NCBI GenBank assembly: GCA_027449585.1
Contig: DAIDLJ010000005.1
Span: 1-44,219 of the forward strand
Source of the DNA: Candidatus Micrarchaeota archaeon
GTDB taxonomy: Archaea; Micrarchaeota; Micrarchaeia; Micrarchaeales; CABMGC01
Direction: 5' to 3'
DNA: 44,219 bases
This document shows, piece by piece, positions 36,874-44,219 of this stretch. Each line of letters opens with the position of its first letter. Position 1 is the stretch's first letter. A model generated the notes under the pieces. It was given only the letters and a program-made list of their open reading frames with translations, searched no databases and was not told where the DNA came from. A program made the position numbers and the translations under genes.

Positions 36874-37281
36874 TCACTTGAGTTTTGAGGTGCAGAAAGG
36901 GCATCGTATGGCCTTTATTGGTATGCTTGATGCGCAGTAGGGGCAGACCTTCGACGCCGGTGGTACTGGCTGCGTGGGCTTCTTGTTATACGCCGATAGC
37001 CTTGACATTGGCTTTATGACGAAGAAGAATATGGCAACGGCTATGGAAATGAAAGAGATGACGGAATTTAGGAACGCGCCAATAAGGAAGGTGCTGCCGT
37101 TTATCGTGTAAGTTATGCTCGCGAAGTTTACGTGGCCGGGTATGCCTATTATTGGAGAGACGATGTCGGTTACAAGCGCGGTTACCAGCGCGTTGAAGGC
37201 GGCGCCCATGACGAACGCTACTGCAAGGTCTAGGACGTTGCCCCGAGATATGAAGCTCTTGAATTCATCAAGCAAGGACAT
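36874..37281 (-). CDS. mscL: large-conductance mechanosensitive channel MscL with a C-terminal CxxC-x10-CxxC zinc ribbon
   Basis: The N-terminus LLDEFKSFISRGNVLDLAVAFVMGAAFNALVTALVTDIVSPIIG is canonical MscL with two TM helices. The C-terminal tail is KVCPYCASSIPIKAIRCPFCTSKLK. Confidence 0.88.
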   Translation of the reverse strand: MSLLDEFKSFISRGNVLDLAVAFVMGAAFNALVTALVTDIVSPIIGIPGHVNFASITYTINGSTFLIGAFLNSVISFISIAVAIFFFVIKPMSRLSAYNKKPTQPVPPASKVCPYCASSIPIKAIRCPFCTSKLK

Positions 37282-37390
37282 ATTATCAGGTATACTTGGA
37301 GCAGCGTATTTTTATCATTATGCCTGGCTTGCGCAGATGCACATTATTATTAAACTCTATGCAGAATTATCTGCTGTAAGTGATGGTTGC

Positions 37391-39247
37391 ATGACCAGAG
37401 CCGGATCGTTAATATCGACCCTAGTCTCAGAGTACAAGTTGCCTACTTTCGCCTTCATAGGCCTACTTTGCGGAATTATCCTATACATAGCGGGAAACAG
37501 CCATGCGGCGGATCTAGTCTGGTATGCTGTTCTAGTCCTTGGAGGCATACCTCTGATAATAGAGACATTGAAAAAAGTTGCTGACGGGGTCTTCTCTGCC
37601 GACGTGGTTGCAACGCTTGCAATAATAGTAGCATTTTTACTTGGCAATGCCTTTCCAGGAGCCATAATAGTTATGATGCAGTCCAGCGGAGAGGCGCTGG
37701 AAAGATACGGTTTCAAACGGGCGTCTTCCTCCCTCGAACAGCTTATCGCACGCGCGCCTAAGACTGCAAGGAGAAAGAAGGGTAAGGATATAGAGGAGAT
37801 AAGCGCCGAGGCGGTTGTTGTTGGAGACATACTTGTGATAAGACATGGAGACATGGTGCCGGTCGATGGAGTAGTGACACGCGGGATGGCATACCTTGAC
37901 GAATCTGCGCTGACAGGAGAACCCGTGCCGAAGAAGAAGAAGGCAGGGGATAACGTACTGAGCGGAAGCATCAATTCATCAGGAACATTCGAGATGAAGA
38001 CGCTAAAGAAGAGCAGCCAGAGCGAATATGCAAAGATAGTCGAACTGGTAAGGAAGGCGCAGCAGGAAAAGCCTGGAATCCAGAGGCTTGCTGACAGATA
38101 TGCCGTCTACTTTACGCCCCTTACGTTGATAATGGCTGGTGCGGGATTTTTGCTGACAGGAAGGTTCGAGACCGTTCTGGCCGTACTCGTAGTGGCAACC
38201 CCCTGCCCACTCATAATAGCAGTGCCGATAGCCGTGATAGCCGGAGTGAACAGGGCAGCAAACAGCGGAATAATAGTGAAAAGCGGCGCGGCAATAGAAC
38301 AAATTGGCAATGCAGATACGGTATTCCTTGACAAGACGGGCACAATAACATACGGTGAACCGCTTGTTGAAAGGATAATACCTGTAGGCAGGCATAACAG
38401 CAAGGATCTTCTTTACAAGAGCGCATGCGTGGAGCAGCTATCTGCGCACCCTTTGGCCGTAGCGCTTGTCAAGAAGGCGAGAAAGAGCTTCGGCAAGCTT
38501 GAAGCGCCAAGGAAGTTCAAGGAGCATCCTTCAAGCGGAGTTGAGGGGTGGGTTGGGAAGTCGCATGTTGCAGTGGGATCCAGGAAGTTCTATGAGAAGA
38601 TAACCGGCATGGAGTTCATAGGCGACTACCAGAAGATGGTTGATGAAGAGAACGAGAAGGGAAGCCTCTGCTCGCTAATAGCAATAGACGGAGACCTTGC
38701 TGGGATAATAGTACTAAAGGACAAACTCAGGCCGGGCATAAAGAATATGCTTTCCGAGCTTGGAGATATGGGCGTGCAGGACATACACATGCTCACTGGG
38801 GACAATGATGCAAACGCAAGAGTCATTGCAGAGGAGGCTGGCCTTAAGAACTATGAGACAGGGCTTCTTCCTGAAGACAAGGAGAGGATAGTCAGGCAGG
38901 CTACGGAAAGCGGTAAGGACACTGTGATGGTAGGCGATGGCATAAATGATGCGCCAGCCCTGGCCACAGCGACTGTCGGAGTCGCAATGGGAGCAAGAGG
39001 TACGGGAATATCGGCCGAGGCGGCTGACGTAGTTATACTTGTAGATGATGCCACAAAGATAGGAGAGGCCATGAAGATAGGTAGGAGAATGCTAAGAATA
39101 GCAAAAGAGAGCATACTATTCGGCATAGGGGCGAGCCTTGTGCTGATGGTTATAGCCGGATTTGGATACATACCTCCGGCCATAGGAGCTGTGCTCCAGG
39201 AGGTCATAGACGTAACAGTTATACTAAACGCGCTCAGGGTGCGATAA
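37391..39247 (+). CDS. P1B-type heavy-metal-translocating ATPase with a TPCP transmembrane motif (P1B-5-like), no N-terminal metal-binding domain
   Basis: TGE (ESALTGEP), ATPCPLI in the metal-site TM helix, DKTGTIT, an HP dipeptide (SAHPLA), and GDGINDAPAL. There are 4 TM helices before the A domain. The start is trimmed to ATG 37391 (or 37337), because the ORF-track start at 37115 overlaps mscL. Confidence 0.9.
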   Translation: MTRAGSLISTLVSEYKLPTFAFIGLLCGIILYIAGNSHAADLVWYAVLVLGGIPLIIETLKKVADGVFSADVVATLAIIVAFLLGNAFPGAIIVMMQSSGEALERYGFKRASSSLEQLIARAPKTARRKKGKDIEEISAEAVVVGDILVIRHGDMVPVDGVVTRGMAYLDESALTGEPVPKKKKAGDNVLSGSINSSGTFEMKTLKKSSQSEYAKIVELVRKAQQEKPGIQRLADRYAVYFTPLTLIMAGAGFLLTGRFETVLAVLVVATPCPLIIAVPIAVIAGVNRAANSGIIVKSGAAIEQIGNADTVFLDKTGTITYGEPLVERIIPVGRHNSKDLLYKSACVEQLSAHPLAVALVKKARKSFGKLEAPRKFKEHPSSGVEGWVGKSHVAVGSRKFYEKITGMEFIGDYQKMVDEENEKGSLCSLIAIDGDLAGIIVLKDKLRPGIKNMLSELGDMGVQDIHMLTGDNDANARVIAEEAGLKNYETGLLPEDKERIVRQATESGKDTVMVGDGINDAPALATATVGVAMGARGTGISAEAADVVILVDDATKIGEAMKIGRRMLRIAKESILFGIGASLVLMVIAGFGYIPPAIGAVLQEVIDVTVILNALRVR

Positions 39248-39261
39248 ACGAGGTTTCTCAA

Positions 39262-40062
39262 ATGATAAAATCAGAAATGATAAAGTATAGGACCGGAGAT
39301 GACGAGATAACAGGATATCTTGCGCAGCCAGGAGATGGTGGAAAGCATCCCGGAGTAGTTCTTATACATGAGATATTCGGACTGGACGAACATACTAAAG
39401 ACGTCGCAGGACGCCTTGCGGCAGAAGGCTACGTTGTTCTTGCACCGCATCTGTTCTCAAGCAGAAGGCTCTCGAAAGTACTCACAGCAGAAGGGATATC
39501 AGAGACAATGAAATTCATGATGTCATTGCCCATAGAAAAGCAGAGGGACGAGAATTACAGGAATACAGAATTGCAGAAGATGGATGACAAAAGGAGGGAG
39601 ATGATATCCGGCGTTTACGAGACCCTTTTCGTAAATAGGCCAGTTGACCTCCTGACAGGATACCTCTCTTCTGGAGTTGACTATCTAAGCAATCTGGAGA
39701 GCGCAAGCGGAAAGATAGGCAGTGTTGGATTCTGCTTCGGAGGCGGAATGTCGATAAACCTAGGCTGCACCGGAAAGACTGATGCGTCAGTGATATTTTA
39801 CGGTGATAATCCAGACCCGATTGACAAGATCAAGGATGTGAAAGGTGCAGTCATGGGACTCTATGGTGGTGAAGATACTAGAATAAATTCCAAGATAGAC
39901 GAGCTCGTTAAGGCACTTGCTGCACACAAGAAGAGCTTCACGATAAAGATGTACCCTGGGGCGCACCATGCATTCTTCAACGATACAAGGCCGCACTATA
40001 ACGATGCTGCGGCAAAAGACGCATGGCATATGCTTCTTGACTTCTTTGACCATAACCTCTAG
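39262..40062 (+). CDS. dienelactone hydrolase family protein
   Basis: GVVLIHEIFGL, nucleophile elbow GFCFGG, and YPGAHHAF. 266 aa. Confidence 0.85.
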   Translation: MIKSEMIKYRTGDDEITGYLAQPGDGGKHPGVVLIHEIFGLDEHTKDVAGRLAAEGYVVLAPHLFSSRRLSKVLTAEGISETMKFMMSLPIEKQRDENYRNTELQKMDDKRREMISGVYETLFVNRPVDLLTGYLSSGVDYLSNLESASGKIGSVGFCFGGGMSINLGCTGKTDASVIFYGDNPDPIDKIKDVKGAVMGLYGGEDTRINSKIDELVKALAAHKKSFTIKMYPGAHHAFFNDTRPHYNDAAAKDAWHMLLDFFDHNL

Positions 40063-40077
40063 GGAGCAAGGATCATG

Positions 40078-40560
40078 TTACATGTTGAGAAGCAGGATTG
40101 AGAAATTCAAATAGGCCGCAAAGCACGCCCAGAGGAGATATGGGATCATAAGCATAGCGGCTCTTTTCGATATCTTGCTGAAACTTATTATAGTGACAGC
40201 TATTGCAACTAGCAGGAATGAGATCTCGACTAGGCCGTAAAACGGGGATTTCAGATAGAAGAACGCAAAAGACCAAAGAAGATTAAGTAGAAGCTGGAGC
40301 CCATAAAGATTCATTGATGCGCTTCTTTCCCTTAATCCCTTCTTTGAGTTCCAGACAAGATAGAACGCACTTCCCATAAGGAAAAATAGGACGATCCAAA
40401 TCATGCCTATAACATAACCTGGAGGGGTGAATGAAGGTTTTGCGAGAGTCGGGTACCATGACTGCAGGGATGACCAGGTTAATGCCGACCCAAGCACCCC
40501 TCCAACTAATTCAGTAGCTACTACCGAAATTACAAATCTCTTTAGATTCGTATTAGACAC
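40078..40560 (-). CDS. tspO: TspO/MBR family tryptophan-rich sensory protein
   Basis: WYPTLAKPSFTPPGYVIGMIWIVLF signature and five TM helices. 160 aa. Confidence 0.85.
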   Translation of the reverse strand: MSNTNLKRFVISVVATELVGGVLGSALTWSSLQSWYPTLAKPSFTPPGYVIGMIWIVLFFLMGSAFYLVWNSKKGLRERSASMNLYGLQLLLNLLWSFAFFYLKSPFYGLVEISFLLVAIAVTIISFSKISKRAAMLMIPYLLWACFAAYLNFSILLLNM

Positions 40561-40602
40561 CTAAGAATGCTTCTTATTAAGTATATTAAATATTTGCGGT
40601 GG

Positions 40603-41484
40603 TCAAGGCTGCACATATCCAGGCGCCCATGCAGATGTATAGGATATGCCAGTCTGCACTCCGTCGTGTCCGTTGCCGCTGTAATCCTGCGCGTTGCCGT
40701 TTAGAGGCCACCAGCCGACGATGTGCGCAGGATCTATTGGCGCGCCGCCGATGCCTTCTTGGTAGAGCGCACTTATTTCAATGGCTGAAAGGGATGTGTT
40801 ATAGACCTGCACGTTGGAAACCAGGCCATCCATTGCTTCGTTGCAGCATCCAATTCCCGTGCCTCCTGCCAGGCGGATAGGGGCATTCTCGATTATATTG
40901 ACCGATGCGGCGGTGGTGCTTACTATCTGCTTTCCGTCCTCGAATATGGTAAGGGCATGGGACTGGTTGTTCCATGTAAGCGCCATGTCGTGCCACGTGT
41001 TTCCGGTTATTCCAGAGCCGCCTGATAGGGGGCATGGCCATCCGCAATACTGTATCTCAAACTGATCTAAACGTATTCCGAAGTTGATCTGACTGTTGCT
41101 CTCTATAAACGTGAGGTCAACGTGATTTGGATTTCCTGGAAGGATGGGGGGCGATGCAAGCACACTGGAATTCCACTCGACCCATCCGTTTATTGTGAAG
41201 GAGTAGCCGGAGAAGAAATCGCCGTTTACGTCAATATAGTCGTTTAAGCTGTTGCCAGAGTATGCCACGAACTGTGGGAGGTTGTTATTGCACTGTCCTG
41301 CGAGGCTGATGCTTGCGGGCGTCTTAATTATCTGGCATGCGCCTGCAGGTATCGCCTGCACCGCAGAATTTGGATTGAGAATGCCTAACTGAAATACCGC
41401 AACTAGGACTATAACCAGTATTAGGATAGACCACCCATAGGTCATCAGGTACTCCATTGCTGACTGGGATCTAAGCGACTTCAT
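40603..41484 (-). CDS. secreted or pilin-like protein: class III (type IV pilin-like) signal peptide plus a LamG/concanavalin-like domain
   Basis: MKSLRSQSAMEYLMTYGWSILILVIVLVAVF is a typical archaeal prepilin N-terminus. LamG_3-like core (FTINGWVEW...WHDMALTW...LTIFEDGKQI...MDGLVSNVQVYNTSLSAIEISALY). ATG 41484 is preferred over the ORF-track TTG 41514. Confidence 0.7.
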   Translation of the reverse strand: MKSLRSQSAMEYLMTYGWSILILVIVLVAVFQLGILNPNSAVQAIPAGACQIIKTPASISLAGQCNNNLPQFVAYSGNSLNDYIDVNGDFFSGYSFTINGWVEWNSSVLASPPILPGNPNHVDLTFIESNSQINFGIRLDQFEIQYCGWPCPLSGGSGITGNTWHDMALTWNNQSHALTIFEDGKQIVSTTAASVNIIENAPIRLAGGTGIGCCNEAMDGLVSNVQVYNTSLSAIEISALYQEGIGGAPIDPAHIVGWWPLNGNAQDYSGNGHDGVQTGISYTSAWAPGYVQP

Positions 41485-41576
41485 GCCACCATCAGGCAGT
41501 ATCCAGATGCTCAAATGAGGTATATATTAATTGCAGGAGGATCTCAAGCTGCGTAGCTTGATCTTAACTGCAACTT

Positions 41577-42767
41577 TCACTTGACAAGAGAGAGCTCCTT
41601 GCCTATCTTCTCTATCTTCTCGATGGCAAAGTCTAGATCCTCCCTTGAATGATCAGCTGACATCATCGTCCTTATCCTTGCCTTCCCTTTTGCAACCATT
41701 GGGAATACTATTGGAAGCGCATAGACTCCTTCCTCAAAGAGCCTCCTGCTCATCTGCGCGGCCTTCTCTTCATCGTAGGTCATTATAGGTATTATTGGAG
41801 TTTCACTCACCCCAGTGTCGAAGCCGAGTTCCTTGAGCCTCTTCTTGAAGCTCTTGGTGTTCCTCCAGAGCTTCTTCACGAGCTTGTCGCTCCTATCAAG
41901 AAGTTCCAGCGAAGCTATGCTCGCCGCAACGGTAGCCGGAGGGTGCGAGCCTGTCAGCAGCCATGTCCTTGACTTGTTGAGCAGGTACTTCTTCAGGGTG
42001 CTTGTGCCTGCTATGTAGCCGCCCATTGTCCCGAAGCCCTTTGAGAAAGTGCCCATGTCCATGTCGACGCGGCCTTCGAGCTTGAAGTGATTTGTTATGC
42101 CGCGTCCGTTCTCCCCGAGCACGCCGTCCCCGTGGGCATCGTCGACGTATGTGCATGCGCCATACTGCTCGGCGAGTTCGACTATCCTGTCAAGCGGCGC
42201 TATGTCGCCGTCCATTGAGAAGACGCCGTCGGTTATGACCAGCACCCTCTTGGGATTCTTGGCATTGGCCTCCTTGAGCCTTGCCTCAAGCTCGCCCATG
42301 TCCTTGTGCTTGTATATCGTGCGCTCTCCCTTTGTGAGCCTTACGCCGTCTATTATCGACCCGTGATTGAGCTCGTCTGATATTATTATGTCGCCTTCCC
42401 TGACAAGCGCAGGTATCGCGCCGCTGTTTGCCGTGAACCCGGAATTGTAGTATATAGCATCCTCTGTGCCCTTGAACTTGGCTATTGTCTCTTCAAGCTT
42501 GATATGAAGGTCCATTGTTCCTGCGATCGGCCTTACGCTTCCAGAACCGGCGCCGTACTTCTTTATGGCATCTATCGCGGCCTTCTTTAGTATCCTGCTG
42601 TTTGATAACCCAAGATAATTGTTTGAGCATAGCACTACCATCTCTCTTCCTTCTATCATAGTTCTTGCTCCGGAAGGCCCTTCAAGAGTCCTTGGATTCC
42701 ACAGGAGGTTCTTGCCTTGCATCTCCTCAAGCTCTGCCTTTAGGTCGTTTTGAAGCTGATTGTTCAT
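41577..42767 (-). CDS. kbl: 2-amino-3-ketobutyrate CoA ligase (glycine C-acetyltransferase)
   Basis: Alpha-oxoamine synthase family. DDAHG motif, and PLP Lys in GTFSKGFGTMGGY. 396 aa. Divergently paired with tdh. Confidence 0.87.
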   Translation of the reverse strand: MNNQLQNDLKAELEEMQGKNLLWNPRTLEGPSGARTMIEGREMVVLCSNNYLGLSNSRILKKAAIDAIKKYGAGSGSVRPIAGTMDLHIKLEETIAKFKGTEDAIYYNSGFTANSGAIPALVREGDIIISDELNHGSIIDGVRLTKGERTIYKHKDMGELEARLKEANAKNPKRVLVITDGVFSMDGDIAPLDRIVELAEQYGACTYVDDAHGDGVLGENGRGITNHFKLEGRVDMDMGTFSKGFGTMGGYIAGTSTLKKYLLNKSRTWLLTGSHPPATVAASIASLELLDRSDKLVKKLWRNTKSFKKRLKELGFDTGVSETPIIPIMTYDEEKAAQMSRRLFEEGVYALPIVFPMVAKGKARIRTMMSADHSREDLDFAIEKIEKIGKELSLVK

Positions 42768-42860
42768 GAATGCACCAAATATGAATTATTAGTAGGAATT
42801 AATAAATGGAAACAATGGCTACGCTCTTCGTCCATGAACCTGGATTCAATCATTAAGTAA

Positions 42861-43847
42861 TTGACTTTAAATTCTTTGACAGCGCTTATCAGCAATATGA
42901 AGATTTTAGTTACCGGTGCGGCTGGGCAGATAGGATCCGAGCTCGTGCCCGCGCTTAGGGAGAGGCATGGGAGAGAGAATGTAGTGGCGCTCTACCATCA
43001 CAATGTCCCTGCAGATAGCGGCCTTCACGAAGTCGGTGATGCAGGAGATGTCGAGTTGATAAAAAGGATAATCAAGGAGCATGACATATCAACAGTATAC
43101 CATCTTGTAGGCGTATTATCGGCAAAGGGAGAGAAGGATCCGGACCTTGCATACAAGGTGAATATGGGAACGCTAAAGAACATACTTGATATTGCAAGGG
43201 AGAGGAAGGATGCAGGAACGCCAATAAGCCTATTCTGGCCGAGTTCCATAGCTGCATTTGGACCCACAACGCCCCGCGATATGACGCCACAGAGAACGGT
43301 TCTGGAGCCTGCTACCATGTACGGAATAACCAAGGTCGCAGGAGAGCTCATGGTCAACTACTACTTCAAGCGATATGGAATAGACATACGCAGCTTGAGA
43401 TATCCTGGGATAATAAGCTGGAAGACCCCGCCTGGAGGAGGGACCACGGACTATGCTGTGGAGATATTCTATGGGGCATTGAAGGAGAAGAAGTACACCT
43501 CATTTCTTAGGGAGGGAACATACCTGCCCATGATGTACATGGATGATGCAATAAGGGCTACAATGGAGCTGATGGAGGCAAAACCTGAAAGGATAAGCGT
43601 AAGGACAAGCTATAATATAACGGCAGTGAGCTTTGAACCTGCGGAGATGGCTCTCGAGATAAAGAAGCATATCCCTGAATTCGAGATCTCATTCAATCCT
43701 GATTTTAGGCAGAAGATAGCCGATTCGTGGCCTAAATCAATAGATGACAGCCAGGCAAGAGAGGACTGGGGATGGAAGCAGAAGTTTGGGCTTAGCGAAA
43801 TAGTAGAGGATATGCTAAAGAACCTCGGAAAGCAGCTTGAAGCTTAA
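42861..43847 (+). CDS. tdh: NAD-dependent L-threonine 3-dehydrogenase, SDR/epimerase-like type
   Basis: ILVTGAAGQIGSEL Rossmann motif and catalytic YGITK (YxxxK). Family layout matches short-chain TDHs. Probable ATG at 42897, since the ORF-track start is TTG. Confidence 0.82.
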   Translation: MTLNSLTALISNMKILVTGAAGQIGSELVPALRERHGRENVVALYHHNVPADSGLHEVGDAGDVELIKRIIKEHDISTVYHLVGVLSAKGEKDPDLAYKVNMGTLKNILDIARERKDAGTPISLFWPSSIAAFGPTTPRDMTPQRTVLEPATMYGITKVAGELMVNYYFKRYGIDIRSLRYPGIISWKTPPGGGTTDYAVEIFYGALKEKKYTSFLREGTYLPMMYMDDAIRATMELMEAKPERISVRTSYNITAVSFEPAEMALEIKKHIPEFEISFNPDFRQKIADSWPKSIDDSQAREDWGWKQKFGLSEIVEDMLKNLGKQLEA

Positions 43848-44051
43848 CTTTTCATTAAGGAGTTGGGGTGTGGGGGCAAGAATACGCACAGATTGCCGCA
43901 CGGGTTGGGATGGGTATTGTGCAGACAAAGAATAGAAAGCGCTATATCCTTGCCCCATAATACTTCTGATTTTTCTCGTTTATATAGGTTATTTCTTTTT
44001 GAATTTTATTTGCAATATTTTCGGATTTTTAATTATTTGCCGTCTGATGTG

Positions 44052-44219
44052 CTACTTCCAGATAAATCGGTAGTTTGACGCTGCATCAAGGTTCCTCAGG
44101 GGCAGGAGGCCCTTGAGCGGCTTTATTATGAAGGCGTGCTTCTCGCTTACCTGTTCGCGCCTAAGCAGCGCCTTGTGCCACTTTATGCCCTTGTCAAGTA
44201 TGGCCTTGCGGCCATTTCC
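44052..44219 (-). CDS. 3' end of an unidentified gene whose start lies beyond the window edge
   Basis: Open minus-strand frame from the window edge to TAG (44052-44054): ...GNGRKAILDKGIKWHKALLRREQVSEKHAFIIKPLKGLLPLRNLDAASNYRFIWK*. Codon usage (AAG, ATA, AGG) matches the native genes. Confidence 0.4.
   Translation of the reverse strand, partial: GNGRKAILDKGIKWHKALLRREQVSEKHAFIIKPLKGLLPLRNLDAASNYRFIWK

Noticed and set aside
37115-37390. N-terminal 92-codon extension of the P-type ATPase ORF, giving the 710-aa version.
   Set aside because: It overlaps the mscL coding region on the opposite strand for 167 nt. It adds no recognisable metal-binding domain. In-frame ATGs at 37337 and 37391 lie in the divergent spacer.
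43863-44078. 71-aa plus-strand ORF (TTG start) in the tdh-downstream spacer.
   Set aside because: It has a non-ATG start and a low-complexity, Phe/Leu/Tyr-rich tail generated by the T-rich terminator-like sequence. It also overlaps the 3' end of the minus-strand edge gene.
1-44219. Window-wide scan by eye for CRISPR arrays, rRNA genes, IS elements or transposases, inteins, and frameshifted or split genes.
   Set aside because: I saw no regularly spaced direct repeats, no rRNA-like segments and no transposase or integrase motifs. The large conserved genes (sufB, lig, hel308, ATPase) are uninterrupted and of normal length.

Overview
Gene-dense archaeal chromosomal segment with about 52 protein genes and one tRNA. 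Archaeal markers include aIF5A, ribosomal proteins S24e and S27ae, SepF plus two FtsZ genes, Hel308, an ATP-dependent DNA ligase, TATA-like promoters, several apparently leaderless genes, and a class III (type IV pilin-like) signal peptide. The strong AGG/ATA codon preference and gene content (M1 tricorn-factor-like aminopeptidase, SDR-type threonine dehydrogenase plus Kbl, non-oxidative pentose phosphate enzyme Rpe) resemble Thermoplasmata or an acidophilic DPANN lineage. I cannot resolve the taxon from sequence alone.

Most of the window is housekeeping:
- translation and RNA modification
- cell division
- aromatic amino-acid synthesis (pheA/tyrA)
- a regulator-sufBDCS Fe-S operon
- oxidative-damage repair (bcp, msrAB, ogt)
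- transporters

I found no CRISPR array, rRNA, transposase or integrase, and no recognisable complete defence island.

The best candidates for something undescribed:
1. A tightly linked pair at 6.6-8.3 kb: a beta-rich protein of unknown function plus an EF-Tu/SelB-like protein whose GTPase motifs are all degenerate. It converges on a single-HKD phospholipase-D/Nuc-like protein that carries a hydrophobic hairpin insert.
2. A compositionally foreign left edge (1-1.9 kb) carrying a variant HAD deoxyribonucleotidase-like gene and an unknown 219-aa gene.
3. Unusual domain architectures: MscL fused to a zinc ribbon, a pilin-like LamG protein, and a TPCP-motif P1B ATPase.
4. A Cys-rich HTH regulator with a palindromic promoter element upstream of suf.

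All functional calls rest on motif recognition by eye, since no database search was possible.
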